A DNA stretch of 64,000 bases from Akkermansia muciniphila (GCA_943333275.1 CALQSQ010000013.1:1975-65974); one strand, 5' to 3'; counted from the stretch's first letter, positions 48,504 through 58,519 are shown. A program made the numbers and translations. The notes: generated from the letters alone by a model not told the origin.

Positions 48504-49235
48504 ATGGGAGCCCAATGGAAACAAAAATGGCGGGAAATGGCGGCCGACAAAAAGGGCAAGGTCTCGACGAAATTCGTTCGGGAAATTCAGATTGCAGCGA
48601 AGCTGGGCGGGGCGAATCCGGATTACAATGCGCGGTTGTTTGTGGCGATTGAGAATGCCAAGCGGGCCAGTGTTTACAAGGACACGATTGAAAGGGCCAT
48701 TGCCAAGGGCGCGGGCTTGGACGGGAGCGCAAGCCAGGTGGAGGACGTGGTCTTCGAGGGCTTTGCACCGCACCGCATTCCGGTGATTGTGGAATGCATG
48801 ACGGATAATAACAACCGCACGGCACCGGAGATCCGGGTGTTGTTCCGGGCGGGAAGTCTGGGCACGAAGGGGAGTGTGGGATTCATGTTTAATCACCTTG
48901 GTCTGATTGAGGCCCACCACGCGGATGGGGCCACGGATCTGGAAACGGCCGCCATCGAAGCGGGCGCGGATGATGTCGCACCCCTGACTTCGGAGGATTT
49001 GGAAGATTTGCCTGAGGGTCACGTGGCAGGGAGATTTCTGTGCCCGATCAATCAGCTCGACGCCGTCGGAAAGGCTCTGAAAGCGGCGGGTTGGACGATC
49101 ACCACCAGTGAAATGAGCTACCTGCCCAAGGACTACCCGGAACTCAGCGAGGAGCACCGCGAGGAGGTCACGGCGTTTCTGCAGGCCTTGGATGAGCACC
49201 CGGATGTGCACCGCGTTCATGCCGCAATCCGCTGA
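48504..49235 (+). CDS. YebC/PmpR family DNA-binding transcriptional regulator (divergent N-terminus)
   Basis: KKGKVSTKFVREIQIAAKLGGANPDYNARL...AIENAKRASVYKDTIERAIAKGAG..., at the typical 243-aa length. Confidence 0.8.
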   Translation: MGAQWKQKWREMAADKKGKVSTKFVREIQIAAKLGGANPDYNARLFVAIENAKRASVYKDTIERAIAKGAGLDGSASQVEDVVFEGFAPHRIPVIVECMTDNNNRTAPEIRVLFRAGSLGTKGSVGFMFNHLGLIEAHHADGATDLETAAIEAGADDVAPLTSEDLEDLPEGHVAGRFLCPINQLDAVGKALKAAGWTITTSEMSYLPKDYPELSEEHREEVTAFLQALDEHPDVHRVHAAIR

Positions 49236-49281
49236 AATATTCCACTCGCGTGCATTTTCAAAAAAGCGTTTAGTTAGGATC

Positions 49282-49710
49282 ATGAAAATCGCCCTGATCG
49301 CCTTTGCCATTGGAATTACCAGCGGAGCTATCGCAGCCCTGTGTGGCGTGGGCGGGGGATTGGTGATGGTACCGGCGTTTGTGATGCTCCTGGGCATGGG
49401 CCAGAAGATGGCCGTGGCCACCTCCATGGCGGTCATCATTCCCACGGCCATTTCCGCCACCGCGGTCTATTGGAGACAGGGCCTGGTGGACCGCCAGGTG
49501 CTGCTCTGGACGGCGCTGGGTGCGGTGGTGACATCGGTCTTTTTTGCCTCGCGGCTCAAGGAGTTCAGCGATGTCACACTGACGAAAATTTTCGGTGTGT
49601 TTGCCATCGCCATGGGTGTGAAACTTCTCTGGTTCACCGATGTCAAACCCACAGCTCCCGGGCCATCAGCGGAGCCCCCTGTTGCGTCCCCGGGCGCCCC
49701 GCCTGCATGA
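49282..49710 (+). CDS. Half-size TSUP (TauE/SafE) family membrane transporter
   Basis: 142 aa with 4 TM helices and GITSGAIAALCGVGGGLVMVP. I prefer the ATG at 49282. The stop overlaps the next start. Confidence 0.65.
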   Translation: MKIALIAFAIGITSGAIAALCGVGGGLVMVPAFVMLLGMGQKMAVATSMAVIIPTAISATAVYWRQGLVDRQVLLWTALGAVVTSVFFASRLKEFSDVTLTKIFGVFAIAMGVKLLWFTDVKPTAPGPSAEPPVASPGAPPA

Positions 49711-50360
49711 AATGTCCACGCTGTGTCCGCTATGTCCCGTATGCTGCCCCGGCCTGCGGAGAATGCGGATTCTCGCTGAAGGATCAGGATGACCAGTTCG
49801 GCCCGGATGCGGTCTGCTTGGCGCGTGTGACCAATGAGCAGGAGACGCTCTCCGAGGATGAGATCAGGGAACTCGACGGTGCCTTGGACGAGTTCGAGAA
49901 AAATTTCCCGCAGCTTTTCATGGGAATTTACCTGGCGGCCCTTCCGGCGATTTCCAGCGTGCGGCAGTTTGCCTTCTGGCTGCTGAACCGCGCCGCCATT
50001 CCATCGCTCGACATCACGCGTCCCAATGAAAACGGCTGTCTGCTGGTGATAGATCTGACATCCGGGCAGGTGGTGATGGTGGTGGGCTATTTGCTGGAAT
50101 GCTATTTCAAGGAGGCTGAGCTGGAAGAAATCCTCACGCGCGGTCGCGCGGCCATGGATCGCGGCGACATCGCGCACGGCCTGCTGCACATCATTGAGGA
50201 ATTTTCCCATCAGCTTAAGCGCAAGAGCAAGGAGTCGCGGAGAAATCCGCGCAGATTCGATTCCGGCGGCCCGCCGGAGCCCTCGCGCCCGGAATTTCAG
50301 CGGCTCCACACGCCCCCGCAGGAAACGGCCTCGCAAACCGATTCCATTCCTAAGCCATGA
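49707..50360 (+). CDS. Zinc-ribbon plus TPM-like domain protein
   Basis: MKCPRCVRYVPYAAPACGECG is followed by a TPM-like core (ENGCLLVIDLTSGQVVMVVGYLLECYF). There are ATGA overlaps at both ends (49707-49710 and 50357-50360). Confidence 0.55.
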   Translation: MKCPRCVRYVPYAAPACGECGFSLKDQDDQFGPDAVCLARVTNEQETLSEDEIRELDGALDEFEKNFPQLFMGIYLAALPAISSVRQFAFWLLNRAAIPSLDITRPNENGCLLVIDLTSGQVVMVVGYLLECYFKEAELEEILTRGRAAMDRGDIAHGLLHIIEEFSHQLKRKSKESRRNPRRFDSGGPPEPSRPEFQRLHTPPQETASQTDSIPKP

Positions 50361-51448
50361 ATTCGCCCAGTCCAGCGTCCCGAATTTGCGCCATCACAGC
50401 CTGCTGGGTGTGGCTGGGATGTCTGCAGCTCAGCTGGATTCAGGCGGATGATGTCGTCTCGGACGACGAGGAGGGCTTGGAAATTGTCGGCCCCATGCTC
50501 CCTTCCACCTTGCCTCACGATGCCACCTTGGAACTGCCCGAATGGCAGCCGGATGACCTCCTCCAGGTGGACCACAACCAGGCTCCCACCAATCTGGGCG
50601 GGGGCCTCTGGCCCCTGGAACTCTGGCCGCTCATGCCGGAACCCCGGCGGCTGCCCTCCTCACAAAAAGCCGGGACGACGCTCACCGATCCCATTCCTGA
50701 CAAATCCGTTGCAAAGCAACCGCTGCCCGCCGGCCTGCACGACGTTTATTTCGGAGCCATGCCGCCAGAGGCCATTCTCGATCCGCAAGGATTCATCGAT
50801 GAAATGCAGCAGGAGGAGATCGGAAATTTCTTCACCGAATTCGCCAGGAAACAAGCGGGCGTGGACGTTCGGGTGCTGGTCTTTGGGCCCCATCAGGAAT
50901 TGCCCGCCGACCAGGCCCTGCAGGAATTAACCGACCGATGGTATTCCGACAGCGAGGGCATCGTTGTTTTCTATGCCATGGGTCTGCCCAGGCAATCGAT
51001 CTGCTGTTTCTCCAAGGCCCTCTCCAGAAACTTTTCCACCGTTCAATTCACCGCCGTCCGCGAGGCGTGCGTGAAGGAGGCCATGCTGGCTCAGAATCCC
51101 AACGATCAGCTGGCGCGCTATTGCATCAAAATGGCCGTGCGCATGAATCGCCTGAAAATCGAAGGCCCCGATCCTTCGCTGGTCCACGAGGCCAGCAAAT
51201 CAAAAATCTATCCCTCCAGCCATGTTCTGGCCTGGGGCGGGGGGCTCGCCACGCTGGGCCTGGCGGGCTGGTGGGCACTGAGAATCTACCGCCGTAGAAA
51301 CCCGCGCTGCCCCAAAACCTGGCTGCTTCCCGATCAGGAAATGACCACCCGGCTCAGCGCCCCGCACTGCGGCGGCACCATGGCCATCCTCAAAATCCGC
51401 CCCCCGGAAACCAGCAAATGCGTGGAAATCGCAGTTGCACCATCGTAG
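50357..51448 (+). CDS. Secreted/membrane TPM-like domain protein with a C-terminal TM helix
   Basis: 363 aa. A signal-like N-terminus is followed by a TPM-like segment (ILDPQGFIDEMQQEEIGNFFTEF...VRVLVFGP...GIVVFYAMG) and a TM helix (VLAWGGGLATLGLAGWWAL). Confidence 0.5.
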   Translation: MNSPSPASRICAITACWVWLGCLQLSWIQADDVVSDDEEGLEIVGPMLPSTLPHDATLELPEWQPDDLLQVDHNQAPTNLGGGLWPLELWPLMPEPRRLPSSQKAGTTLTDPIPDKSVAKQPLPAGLHDVYFGAMPPEAILDPQGFIDEMQQEEIGNFFTEFARKQAGVDVRVLVFGPHQELPADQALQELTDRWYSDSEGIVVFYAMGLPRQSICCFSKALSRNFSTVQFTAVREACVKEAMLAQNPNDQLARYCIKMAVRMNRLKIEGPDPSLVHEASKSKIYPSSHVLAWGGGLATLGLAGWWALRIYRRRNPRCPKTWLLPDQEMTTRLSAPHCGGTMAILKIRPPETSKCVEIAVAPS

Positions 51449-51499
51449 TTCTTGCCAGAAATTTTCCGATTGGCTAAAAACGCCGTTTTACCTATCCCA

Positions 51500-53308
51500 A
51501 TGAGCACACCCCCTCTCACCTCTCCCATCGATTCCGCCACCACCGACTCGCCTGCCGCCAATGTGCAGGATGCGGTGATCCGCCTTGCCGGGAACTCCCA
51601 GGACGGAATCCAGTCCATCGGCGGATTCCTCGCACGCCTCGCGGGTCGCACCCAGCAGGATGTCATGACCTACATGACGATCCCTTCGACCATCTCCGGC
51701 GGGCCCTCCATTTTCCAGGTGCACATCGGCTCGGGCGAAATTCTATCCGCGGGGGATGAGGCGGATTTCCTCGTCACCTTTTATCAGCACAGCTATCAGG
51801 ATCATATTGGCGCATTGCGGGAAGGCGGCATCTGCCTTTATGACAGCGACCATGTCCAGCCGGATCTTGAAGACAAGAAGCACCACTATGTCGGCGTGCC
51901 CATCACGGCGGCCACCGTGGAAGCCATCGGAGGCACCGCCAAGGACAAGGGCAAGAATCTGTTCGTGCTCGGCCTGCTCTGCCAGACGTTCCAACTCGAT
52001 GTTGAGAAATTGAAGGGCATCATCCAGCGGCAGTTCGGCAAGAAAAAGGAGGAAATCCTCCGCGTCGCCTTCCTGGCCTTCGACAGCGGCTACGCCTACC
52101 AGCTGGGAAATCTCGCCCACGCCTACCATTTAAAAGCCGGCCACTCCAGCGAGGAACACCGCCTCACCACGGATGGCAATCAAATGATGGTCTGTGGACT
52201 GCTGGCAGCCGGCGTGCGCTACGGTGCCGGATACCCCATCACACCCTGGTCCTCCATCATGGAGTCCCTGCGCGCCGAGTTGCCGCGCTACGGTGGACTC
52301 TTTGTCCAGGCGGAGGATGAACTCGCGGCCGTATCCATGGCCATCGGATTTTCGTACTCGGGTCACATCGCCGTCACCGGAAGTTCCGGTCCGGGCCTTT
52401 CCCTGAAAATGGAAGCCCTCAGCTACGCCGTCATGGCGGAAATCCCGCTCATCGTGATCAACGTCCAGCGTGGCGGCCCCAGCACCGGCCTGCCCACCAA
52501 CGTCGAGCAGTCGGATCTCATGCAGGCCATTTACGGCAGCCATGGCGATGCTCCGCGCGTCGTCCTCGCTCCCAGGAACGTTGAGGATTGTTTCTACATC
52601 GCCGTCGAAGCTGTGCGTATCGCCAAGAAATACAGCTGCCCGGTCATCATCCTCACGGACCAGTCCATCAGCAGCCGCATCGAAGCCTTCCGTGAGCCCA
52701 ACCTTGCCGAATGGATGACCGAACCGACCCTGGATCAAATGCCACGTGACGAAAGTTGGCGGCCCTACCCGCTCAAAGGTGAAGTCAGCCACGCCCCACC
52801 GGGCACCAAAATGCTTGGCGGCAAATTCCCCGTCGTCACCGGTCTGGAACACGATGAGTGGGGTCACCCCACGGCCAGCCCCAAACTCCACACGGAGATG
52901 ACCGCGCGCCGCCGCGACAAACTTCGCCGCCTCATGGATGAAATTCCCACCCCGGAAATCAGCGGTGAAAAATCCGGCGATGTCCTCCTCGTCAGCTGGG
53001 GCAGCACCACCGGCCCGTCCAAGGAAGCCGCCGACCGTCTCCGTTCGCAGGGCCAGAAAGTTTCAAGTCTCGACCTCCGTCACCTCCATCCCCTCCCCCA
53101 CGGGCTCGATGCCATTTTCAACCGCTTCAAGAAAATTGCCGTCGTGGAACTCAACGACGTCGGACTCTACGGCTACGGCCAGCTCACCTCCCTGCTCCGT
53201 GCCAAACTCGCCAACCCTCACATCCACAGCATCTGCAAAACCGACGGCCTCAGCTACAAGGTGCGCGAAATCGTGGCAGGGATCGAGCGCATCAAAGCTG
53301 AAGCGTAA
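51500..53308 (+). CDS. korA: 2-oxoglutarate/2-oxoacid:ferredoxin oxidoreductase alpha subunit (fused gamma-alpha)
   Basis: The N-terminal gamma-like segment is IRLAGNSQDGIQSIGGFLARLAG, and the alpha domain includes YPITPWSSIME...AVTGSSGPGLSLK. I prefer the ATG at 51500 because the ORF-track start at 51452 is TTG. Confidence 0.85.
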   Translation: MSTPPLTSPIDSATTDSPAANVQDAVIRLAGNSQDGIQSIGGFLARLAGRTQQDVMTYMTIPSTISGGPSIFQVHIGSGEILSAGDEADFLVTFYQHSYQDHIGALREGGICLYDSDHVQPDLEDKKHHYVGVPITAATVEAIGGTAKDKGKNLFVLGLLCQTFQLDVEKLKGIIQRQFGKKKEEILRVAFLAFDSGYAYQLGNLAHAYHLKAGHSSEEHRLTTDGNQMMVCGLLAAGVRYGAGYPITPWSSIMESLRAELPRYGGLFVQAEDELAAVSMAIGFSYSGHIAVTGSSGPGLSLKMEALSYAVMAEIPLIVINVQRGGPSTGLPTNVEQSDLMQAIYGSHGDAPRVVLAPRNVEDCFYIAVEAVRIAKKYSCPVIILTDQSISSRIEAFREPNLAEWMTEPTLDQMPRDESWRPYPLKGEVSHAPPGTKMLGGKFPVVTGLEHDEWGHPTASPKLHTEMTARRRDKLRRLMDEIPTPEISGEKSGDVLLVSWGSTTGPSKEAADRLRSQGQKVSSLDLRHLHPLPHGLDAIFNRFKKIAVVELNDVGLYGYGQLTSLLRAKLANPHIHSICKTDGLSYKVREIVAGIERIKAEA

Positions 53309-53350
53309 TCCTGATTTTTACCACTCTCACACTCCCTCCCTCTCTTTCCC

Positions 53351-54280
53351 ATGTCCACCGCCACTCCGCCTCCTGTCTCCGATAAAGTCACCAAGAAAGC
53401 CCTCACCGCCGACCACCCCACCTGGTGCCCCGGTTGCGGTGACTTCGCCGTGCTGGCCATTTTCTACCGCGTGCTGGAGAAGCTCCAGATTCCGCACGAG
53501 AAGATCATCACGATTGCAGGCATCGGATGCTCCAGCCGTTTCCCCTATTTCATGAACACCCATGGCGTGCACTACATTCACGGTCGCGCCCTGCCCTTTG
53601 CCACCGCCGTCAGCCTGGCCCGCCCTGACTGTCATGTCTTCGTCTTCGGTGGTGACGGCGACGGATTTTCCATCGGGGGAAATCACCTGAACCATGCCGC
53701 CCGCAAAAATCTCCGCCTGACCTACATCGTCATGGACAATTTTGTTTACGGCCTGACCAAAATGCAGACCAGCCCGACCAGCCCCATCGGCTACAAATCC
53801 AAGACCGACCCCACCGGAGCCATCGACCAGCCCATCAATCCCATGAAACAGGTTCTGGCAGCGGGAGCCGGTTTCGTCGGCCGCACCCACGCCATGCAGG
53901 TCAAGCACATGGAGGAAATCTTCGAACGCGCCATCCGTCATGAAGGATTCAGCATCGTCCAGGCCCTCAGCGAATGCGTCATGTTCTACCCCGGTGCCTT
54001 CGACGACAGTGTCCCGCGCAAGGGTGGTAAATTTGAAATCATCGAGGAAAAGAAATGGGACGGCACTCCCGAGGATGAAGCGCGCCACGATGTGACCAAC
54101 GAACTCTCCGCCTACGAGCTCGCTGGTCTCCAATACCCGGGCAAATTCGGTGTCTTCTACGATGTGGACCGCCCGACCAAAAATGTCCTCGAGCAAAAAT
54201 GGATCGACTCCACCAAGGCCAACATGGTCGGCGTCACTGACCGCGATACGCTGCAAAAGCGGTTCGACATGATGAAATAG
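53351..54280 (+). CDS. korB: 2-oxoglutarate/2-oxoacid:ferredoxin oxidoreductase beta subunit (TPP-binding)
   Basis: TWCPGCGDFAVL, GIGCSSRFPYF, GGDGDGFSIGGNH and MDNFVYGLTK are the TPP and Fe-S motifs. Confidence 0.9.
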   Translation: MSTATPPPVSDKVTKKALTADHPTWCPGCGDFAVLAIFYRVLEKLQIPHEKIITIAGIGCSSRFPYFMNTHGVHYIHGRALPFATAVSLARPDCHVFVFGGDGDGFSIGGNHLNHAARKNLRLTYIVMDNFVYGLTKMQTSPTSPIGYKSKTDPTGAIDQPINPMKQVLAAGAGFVGRTHAMQVKHMEEIFERAIRHEGFSIVQALSECVMFYPGAFDDSVPRKGGKFEIIEEKKWDGTPEDEARHDVTNELSAYELAGLQYPGKFGVFYDVDRPTKNVLEQKWIDSTKANMVGVTDRDTLQKRFDMMK

Positions 54281-54296
54281 CCGAGACGCTTCCGCA

Positions 54297-55214
54297 TCAA
54301 CGGGCCGCCGCTTTGGCGATGGCTTCGGCAAGTTCTGCCGGCGTCCATTGGTTGCCATCAAACTGCCGGAAGAGACGTCCTTTGGAATCGACCACAATTG
54401 TGCGGAGGTTGTGCACCAAGCTGCCTTCGTTTGCGCCGGAACGAAAATCGAACAGGATCGCAAACGTATCCGAAACTTCCGCAGAGGCGCTGGCAAACAG
54501 CCACCGGTCAGCATTGTCGCCACGGTAGGTGCGGGCGTAGGGAACAAGGATTTCCGGTTTATCAAACTCGGGATCGAAGGAGATGGAAAGGAAGCGCCAG
54601 TTTTTGGGGCCTTCCTTCTGCTTCAGCAATAACTCGCGGGCTTCCTGGAAATGGCGGTTCATGCGCGGGCAGAAGTCCGGTAGTGGACAACGGGTAAAGA
54701 TCATCGTGAAGGCAACCGCCTCTCCCTGGAATTCGGAAAGCTTCACCGATTTGCCTTCCTCCGTGAGCAACTCCACCTCCGGCATCGGATCCCCAGGCTT
54801 CATGGAGGCATTGCTCGCCAGCAGGGAGGCAATCCTCGTTGTGCTTGGCTTCACGGATGCATTCACCTGGAGGTCCTCGATCCAACTTTCATCATCGGTG
54901 ACCAGAAGTTTGAAAGTAACCGCCTCCCCCACCCTGCGACCTTTCAAAATCGCCGGGTTCTTCACGGCAAAGTCCATGGTCATCCGGCTCATGAAATTTG
55001 GAATCTCCTCGTGATTCACCGTCACGGTCTTCCCATCCTCCGGAATCGCCTCGATCACTCCCCTCACGTCATACGTCTGAACTTTCGTCTCCATCAAAAG
55101 CGGGGGCGGCGGGGGCGCTTTCGTGGCGGTCGGCTTGTCACAACCAGCCAATAAAACCAGGCTGATCATTCCCTGGCAAAGAAAAACAATCGGGGAGCGC
55201 AGGTGACGAGTCAT
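54297..55214 (-). CDS. Lipoprotein with an N-terminal CusF-like copper-binding domain fused to an SCO1/SenC thioredoxin-fold domain
   Basis: Lipobox LLAGC. The CusF-like segment is YDVRGVIEAIPEDGKTVTVNHEEIPNFMSRMTMDFAV. The SCO segment is FTMIFTRCPLPDFCPRM...SISFDPEFD. Confidence 0.75.
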   Translation of the reverse strand: MTRHLRSPIVFLCQGMISLVLLAGCDKPTATKAPPPPPLLMETKVQTYDVRGVIEAIPEDGKTVTVNHEEIPNFMSRMTMDFAVKNPAILKGRRVGEAVTFKLLVTDDESWIEDLQVNASVKPSTTRIASLLASNASMKPGDPMPEVELLTEEGKSVKLSEFQGEAVAFTMIFTRCPLPDFCPRMNRHFQEARELLLKQKEGPKNWRFLSISFDPEFDKPEILVPYARTYRGDNADRWLFASASAEVSDTFAILFDFRSGANEGSLVHNLRTIVVDSKGRLFRQFDGNQWTPAELAEAIAKAAAR

Positions 55215-57550
55215 GGTTTCGAAAGCCCTCCGAGCTTCACAGGATGCAGTTTCAATGCCACCGGAGCGGCGTCGCCCTCCTTGATTTCATAGGCGCGATC
55301 AAGTTCGAGCCCGCTCATCGTTTGCCGGGTGCCGGAGCCCGGCCAGAGAATGTTGACCGCGACGATGGATGTGGCATTTCCCAGTCCAATTTCCTGTCGC
55401 AGCGGGTTCGAGCCAAAGCTGCCTCCGCTGCCCACGGTGCGATGCAGTTCCCGCGGCCCCTGCGGTGTTTGCAGGCTGATTTGCAGGCGGGCGCCAACCG
55501 CGGCGCGGTTGGATTTGCCGCCGGTGAGTTTCAATTTCAGCCAGTGGTTCTGATTTCCACCCGGATTCTCAAAGAGGGCATTGCGCGCGGAATCGCCCAG
55601 TGCGTATCCCCCCAGAACAATGTAGACATCCTGATCCCCGTCATCATCCAGATCCGCAATCGCCACGCCATGGCCTTTCTGCAGGTGCCCGGTGCCGGTG
55701 GCCGTCGTCACATCCTGGAAAAATTTCCCCTCGGCATTGCGAAACATCCGGTTGGGAACCAGCATGCCCAGATCCGGGCCTCCCGTGCCGCAATAAAAAT
55801 CCAGCCAGCCATCGTTATCGATATCGCCAAAGTTGTGACCCATGGCCTGGCAAATTCGATCCAGATGCGCCTCCTTGGAAACATCCGCAAAGGTTCCATC
55901 ACGGTTGTTTTTATACAGCCGGCAGCGCGTGCCCTGATTCGGAAGCCCCAGATATTCCGCCGCCACATCCGCAACTCCCCTGGGCAACCCGTATCCCACC
56001 ACAAACAAATCCTCCCAGCCGTCGTTATCATAGTCGAAAAAGAACGTCCCGTAACTTGCGAGCGGCTCAACCACAGGACCGGCTTGCGCAGTCACATCAC
56101 GGAATTTCCAAGCTGCGCCAAAGGGTTCCTTGGGATCCGCCGGGCCCTCGTTGTGCAGCAGGATGTTCCGCCCCCCGTTGACGGAAAGATAAAGATCCGG
56201 TCGGCCGTCGTTGTCATAATCCGCGCAGGCCACCCCCCGCACGTTCTGAATAATATACAGGCCGCAGCCCTCGGCGCATTCCAGGAACGTGCCATCGCGG
56301 TTGTTGTGGTAGAGTTCACAGAAATCAGGCGCGGAGGGATCGGTGGTTTCGTTGCCAATGAAAACGTCCAGCCACCCATCGCCATCGTAATCGAACCACC
56401 GCGACGTCCGGGTGGGGTGCGCCTCACCCAACCGGGCTTCAAAGGTCACGTCGGTGAAAGTTCCATCGCCGTTGTTTCGAAGCAGCGAATTGGGAATCCC
56501 TCCGGCGCTTCCCAGCCCGCCGCCCCGCAGCATCCAGATGTCAGGCAGGCCATCGTTGTTGTAGTCGGTCTGCTGAATGTTCAGCGCGCAGGTCTCACCG
56601 ACCAGGCCCGTCTGGCTCGTGCGGTCTTCAAATTTCCCATCGCCACTGTTGTGGAAAAATCGCAACTGGCCGCGCAGGTCCCACGCGGAAATGACAACAT
56701 CATACAGACCATCGTTATCGAAATCATCAACGATCACTCCCCCGGCCAGATTGTGCGTGTCCAGTCCCGCAGCCTGACTGTGATCGGGAAACTGCGGGAG
56801 CGATGCCTCCGAGGCAAATCGGTCTGGTGGAATGAGAAATTTCTCCGGCACTTTGGCCGGATATTCCCCCAGGGTCATGTGAGCCAGATTCAGCAACCAG
56901 CGGCTGGTCAGATCTTGCGGCGAGGCCGCGAGTTGCTCATTGAGCAGGGCAATGGCCCCGCGCGAACCACGCGGCAGCAGGTGGAAAGCGCGCGACCTCA
57001 AGGGGAACACACAGGAATCCTCATTGTGCGCCGCCAGACAATTTTCCTGCTCGCCCACCCGGAGGAACGCGATGATTTTTTGCACGCGCAGCGCCTCGCT
57101 TTCCTTGGGACTCAGCATGAACCGCTGCGTGGCGGTTAATCGTTCCATGGCGGCATAGGTATTCAGCGCGGCATCCGGTCGCCCCGCAGCCGTCTGCTGC
57201 ATCCCCAGTTCGAGATGGAGCTGCAATTTTTTTTGAAGGTCAAAGGTGGATTTCAACTTGGCCGCCAGCAGGATCGCAGAACGATCGTTCAGGAAAGGCA
57301 CCTCCCCAGGTTTCATTTTCGCACCAAGCTCCTCGATCAGTTTCACCATGGCGAGAGTGCCGGGAGCGGGATTCCCCGGTGGCAGCGGCTTGTAGCGAGC
57401 CTCCACGGGTTCACAGATGGGATCCAGCGCGAAGGGCCCGGGAAAGGGATCCTCTCCTCCCAGTGTGCGTGAATTTCCCAACGCAACGATTGCCAGCCAG
57501 GTGAGCTGGCCGCAAAGTAGTCTGAGTCTTGCGAAGGGGGAGGGCAACAT
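55211..57550 (-). CDS. CRTAC1-family protein: N-terminal TPR-like region, seven FG-GAP/VCBS repeats and an ASPIC/UnbV domain
   Basis: Repeated D(F/Y)DNDG(x)xD motifs are present (FDNDGLYDV, DYNNDGLPDI, DYDGDGWLDV, DYDNDGRPDL, DYDNDGWEDL, DIDNDGWLDF, DLDDDGDQDV). These are followed by NHWLKLKLTGGKSNRAAVGARL...GGSFGSN. The stop overlaps the downstream start (ATGA at 55211-55214). Confidence 0.85.
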   Translation of the reverse strand: MLPSPFARLRLLCGQLTWLAIVALGNSRTLGGEDPFPGPFALDPICEPVEARYKPLPPGNPAPGTLAMVKLIEELGAKMKPGEVPFLNDRSAILLAAKLKSTFDLQKKLQLHLELGMQQTAAGRPDAALNTYAAMERLTATQRFMLSPKESEALRVQKIIAFLRVGEQENCLAAHNEDSCVFPLRSRAFHLLPRGSRGAIALLNEQLAASPQDLTSRWLLNLAHMTLGEYPAKVPEKFLIPPDRFASEASLPQFPDHSQAAGLDTHNLAGGVIVDDFDNDGLYDVVISAWDLRGQLRFFHNSGDGKFEDRTSQTGLVGETCALNIQQTDYNNDGLPDIWMLRGGGLGSAGGIPNSLLRNNGDGTFTDVTFEARLGEAHPTRTSRWFDYDGDGWLDVFIGNETTDPSAPDFCELYHNNRDGTFLECAEGCGLYIIQNVRGVACADYDNDGRPDLYLSVNGGRNILLHNEGPADPKEPFGAAWKFRDVTAQAGPVVEPLASYGTFFFDYDNDGWEDLFVVGYGLPRGVADVAAEYLGLPNQGTRCRLYKNNRDGTFADVSKEAHLDRICQAMGHNFGDIDNDGWLDFYCGTGGPDLGMLVPNRMFRNAEGKFFQDVTTATGTGHLQKGHGVAIADLDDDGDQDVYIVLGGYALGDSARNALFENPGGNQNHWLKLKLTGGKSNRAAVGARLQISLQTPQGPRELHRTVGSGGSFGSNPLRQEIGLGNATSIVAVNILWPGSGTRQTMSGLELDRAYEIKEGDAAPVALKLHPVKLGGLSKP

Positions 57551-57722
57551 TTGCAGGTGTCCATGGTTGGCCCATGGAAATGGAAACCGAACGTATCAGA
57601 ATCCGCGACGATTTCAGGATTGATTTAGGACTGAGGAACTCCGGATTGAGAATCTTATTTAATAAAACCAAGTAGTCATTCAAGCCTTAATTTGCCTTGA
57701 ATCACTCCGAAAACCCCAGATA

Positions 57723-58508
57723 ATGGCTACCATGAGTTCACCCACAGATGCCCCCACCCCAGTCCAACTGGATGCCAACGGATTCTACTTTCCGGCGCCC
57801 GTCGTCGTGCAAGGCACCCCGACTGGTGATTACTACAATGCCCTGCTGCGCGGCCTGACCCACAAGCTGAATAATTTCCTGGCCGTGATCCAGGGCTTCT
57901 CCAGCCTCATTCTGATGAGCGATGGCCTGGAGGCTGGCGTGAAGGAAAACATGGATCACATGCGCGAAGCCGCACAGGGAGCCGGTCAGTTGGCGGAGCG
58001 CATTCTCGCAGCGGGCGGCTGTGTCCGCCTGAACCCGCAACCGATGACCCTAGAGACCTTTCTGCCGCTCATTGAATCCAACCTCCGTGCGCCCTTCACG
58101 CGCCTGAACGTGGCACTACAAGTCAATGTCGCCCCCGGCCTGCCCAATGTCATGGCGGACAACGGACGTTTCAAGGAACTCCTCTGCGAGCTCACCCTCA
58201 ATGCGGCGGAAGCGGTCCATGGTTCCGGCAAAGGCGGTTCCGTCGGACTGGATGTGCTGCCACCCGGACAGGTCCCGGGCAGCCGCTCTGGCTGTGTGGA
58301 TCTCTTTGTGCGCAACACGGCGGAAACCATGCCGCCTGAAAAATTGCGCGATTTCTTCCGTCCATTCCACAGCACCAAGGACAGCAAGCATTACGGAATC
58401 GGCCTGACGATCACCCACATGCTTTGCGCCCAGATGGGCATTCGCCTGGGGCTGAAAAGCGAAAACGACACGACTACCGTCTGGCTGAGTATTCCGGTGG
58501 TGGCTTAA
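57723..58508 (+). CDS. Small soluble histidine kinase-like protein (HisKA-like plus HATPase_c, no sensor or TM domain)
   Basis: The H-box-like segment is LRGLTHKLNNFLAVIQGFSSLIL, and the ATPase region is ELTLNAAEA...FFRPFHSTKD..GIGLTITHMLC. No response regulator is adjacent. Confidence 0.65.
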   Translation: MATMSSPTDAPTPVQLDANGFYFPAPVVVQGTPTGDYYNALLRGLTHKLNNFLAVIQGFSSLILMSDGLEAGVKENMDHMREAAQGAGQLAERILAAGGCVRLNPQPMTLETFLPLIESNLRAPFTRLNVALQVNVAPGLPNVMADNGRFKELLCELTLNAAEAVHGSGKGGSVGLDVLPPGQVPGSRSGCVDLFVRNTAETMPPEKLRDFFRPFHSTKDSKHYGIGLTITHMLCAQMGIRLGLKSENDTTTVWLSIPVVA

Positions 58509-58519
58509 CCGCCCGCGCC

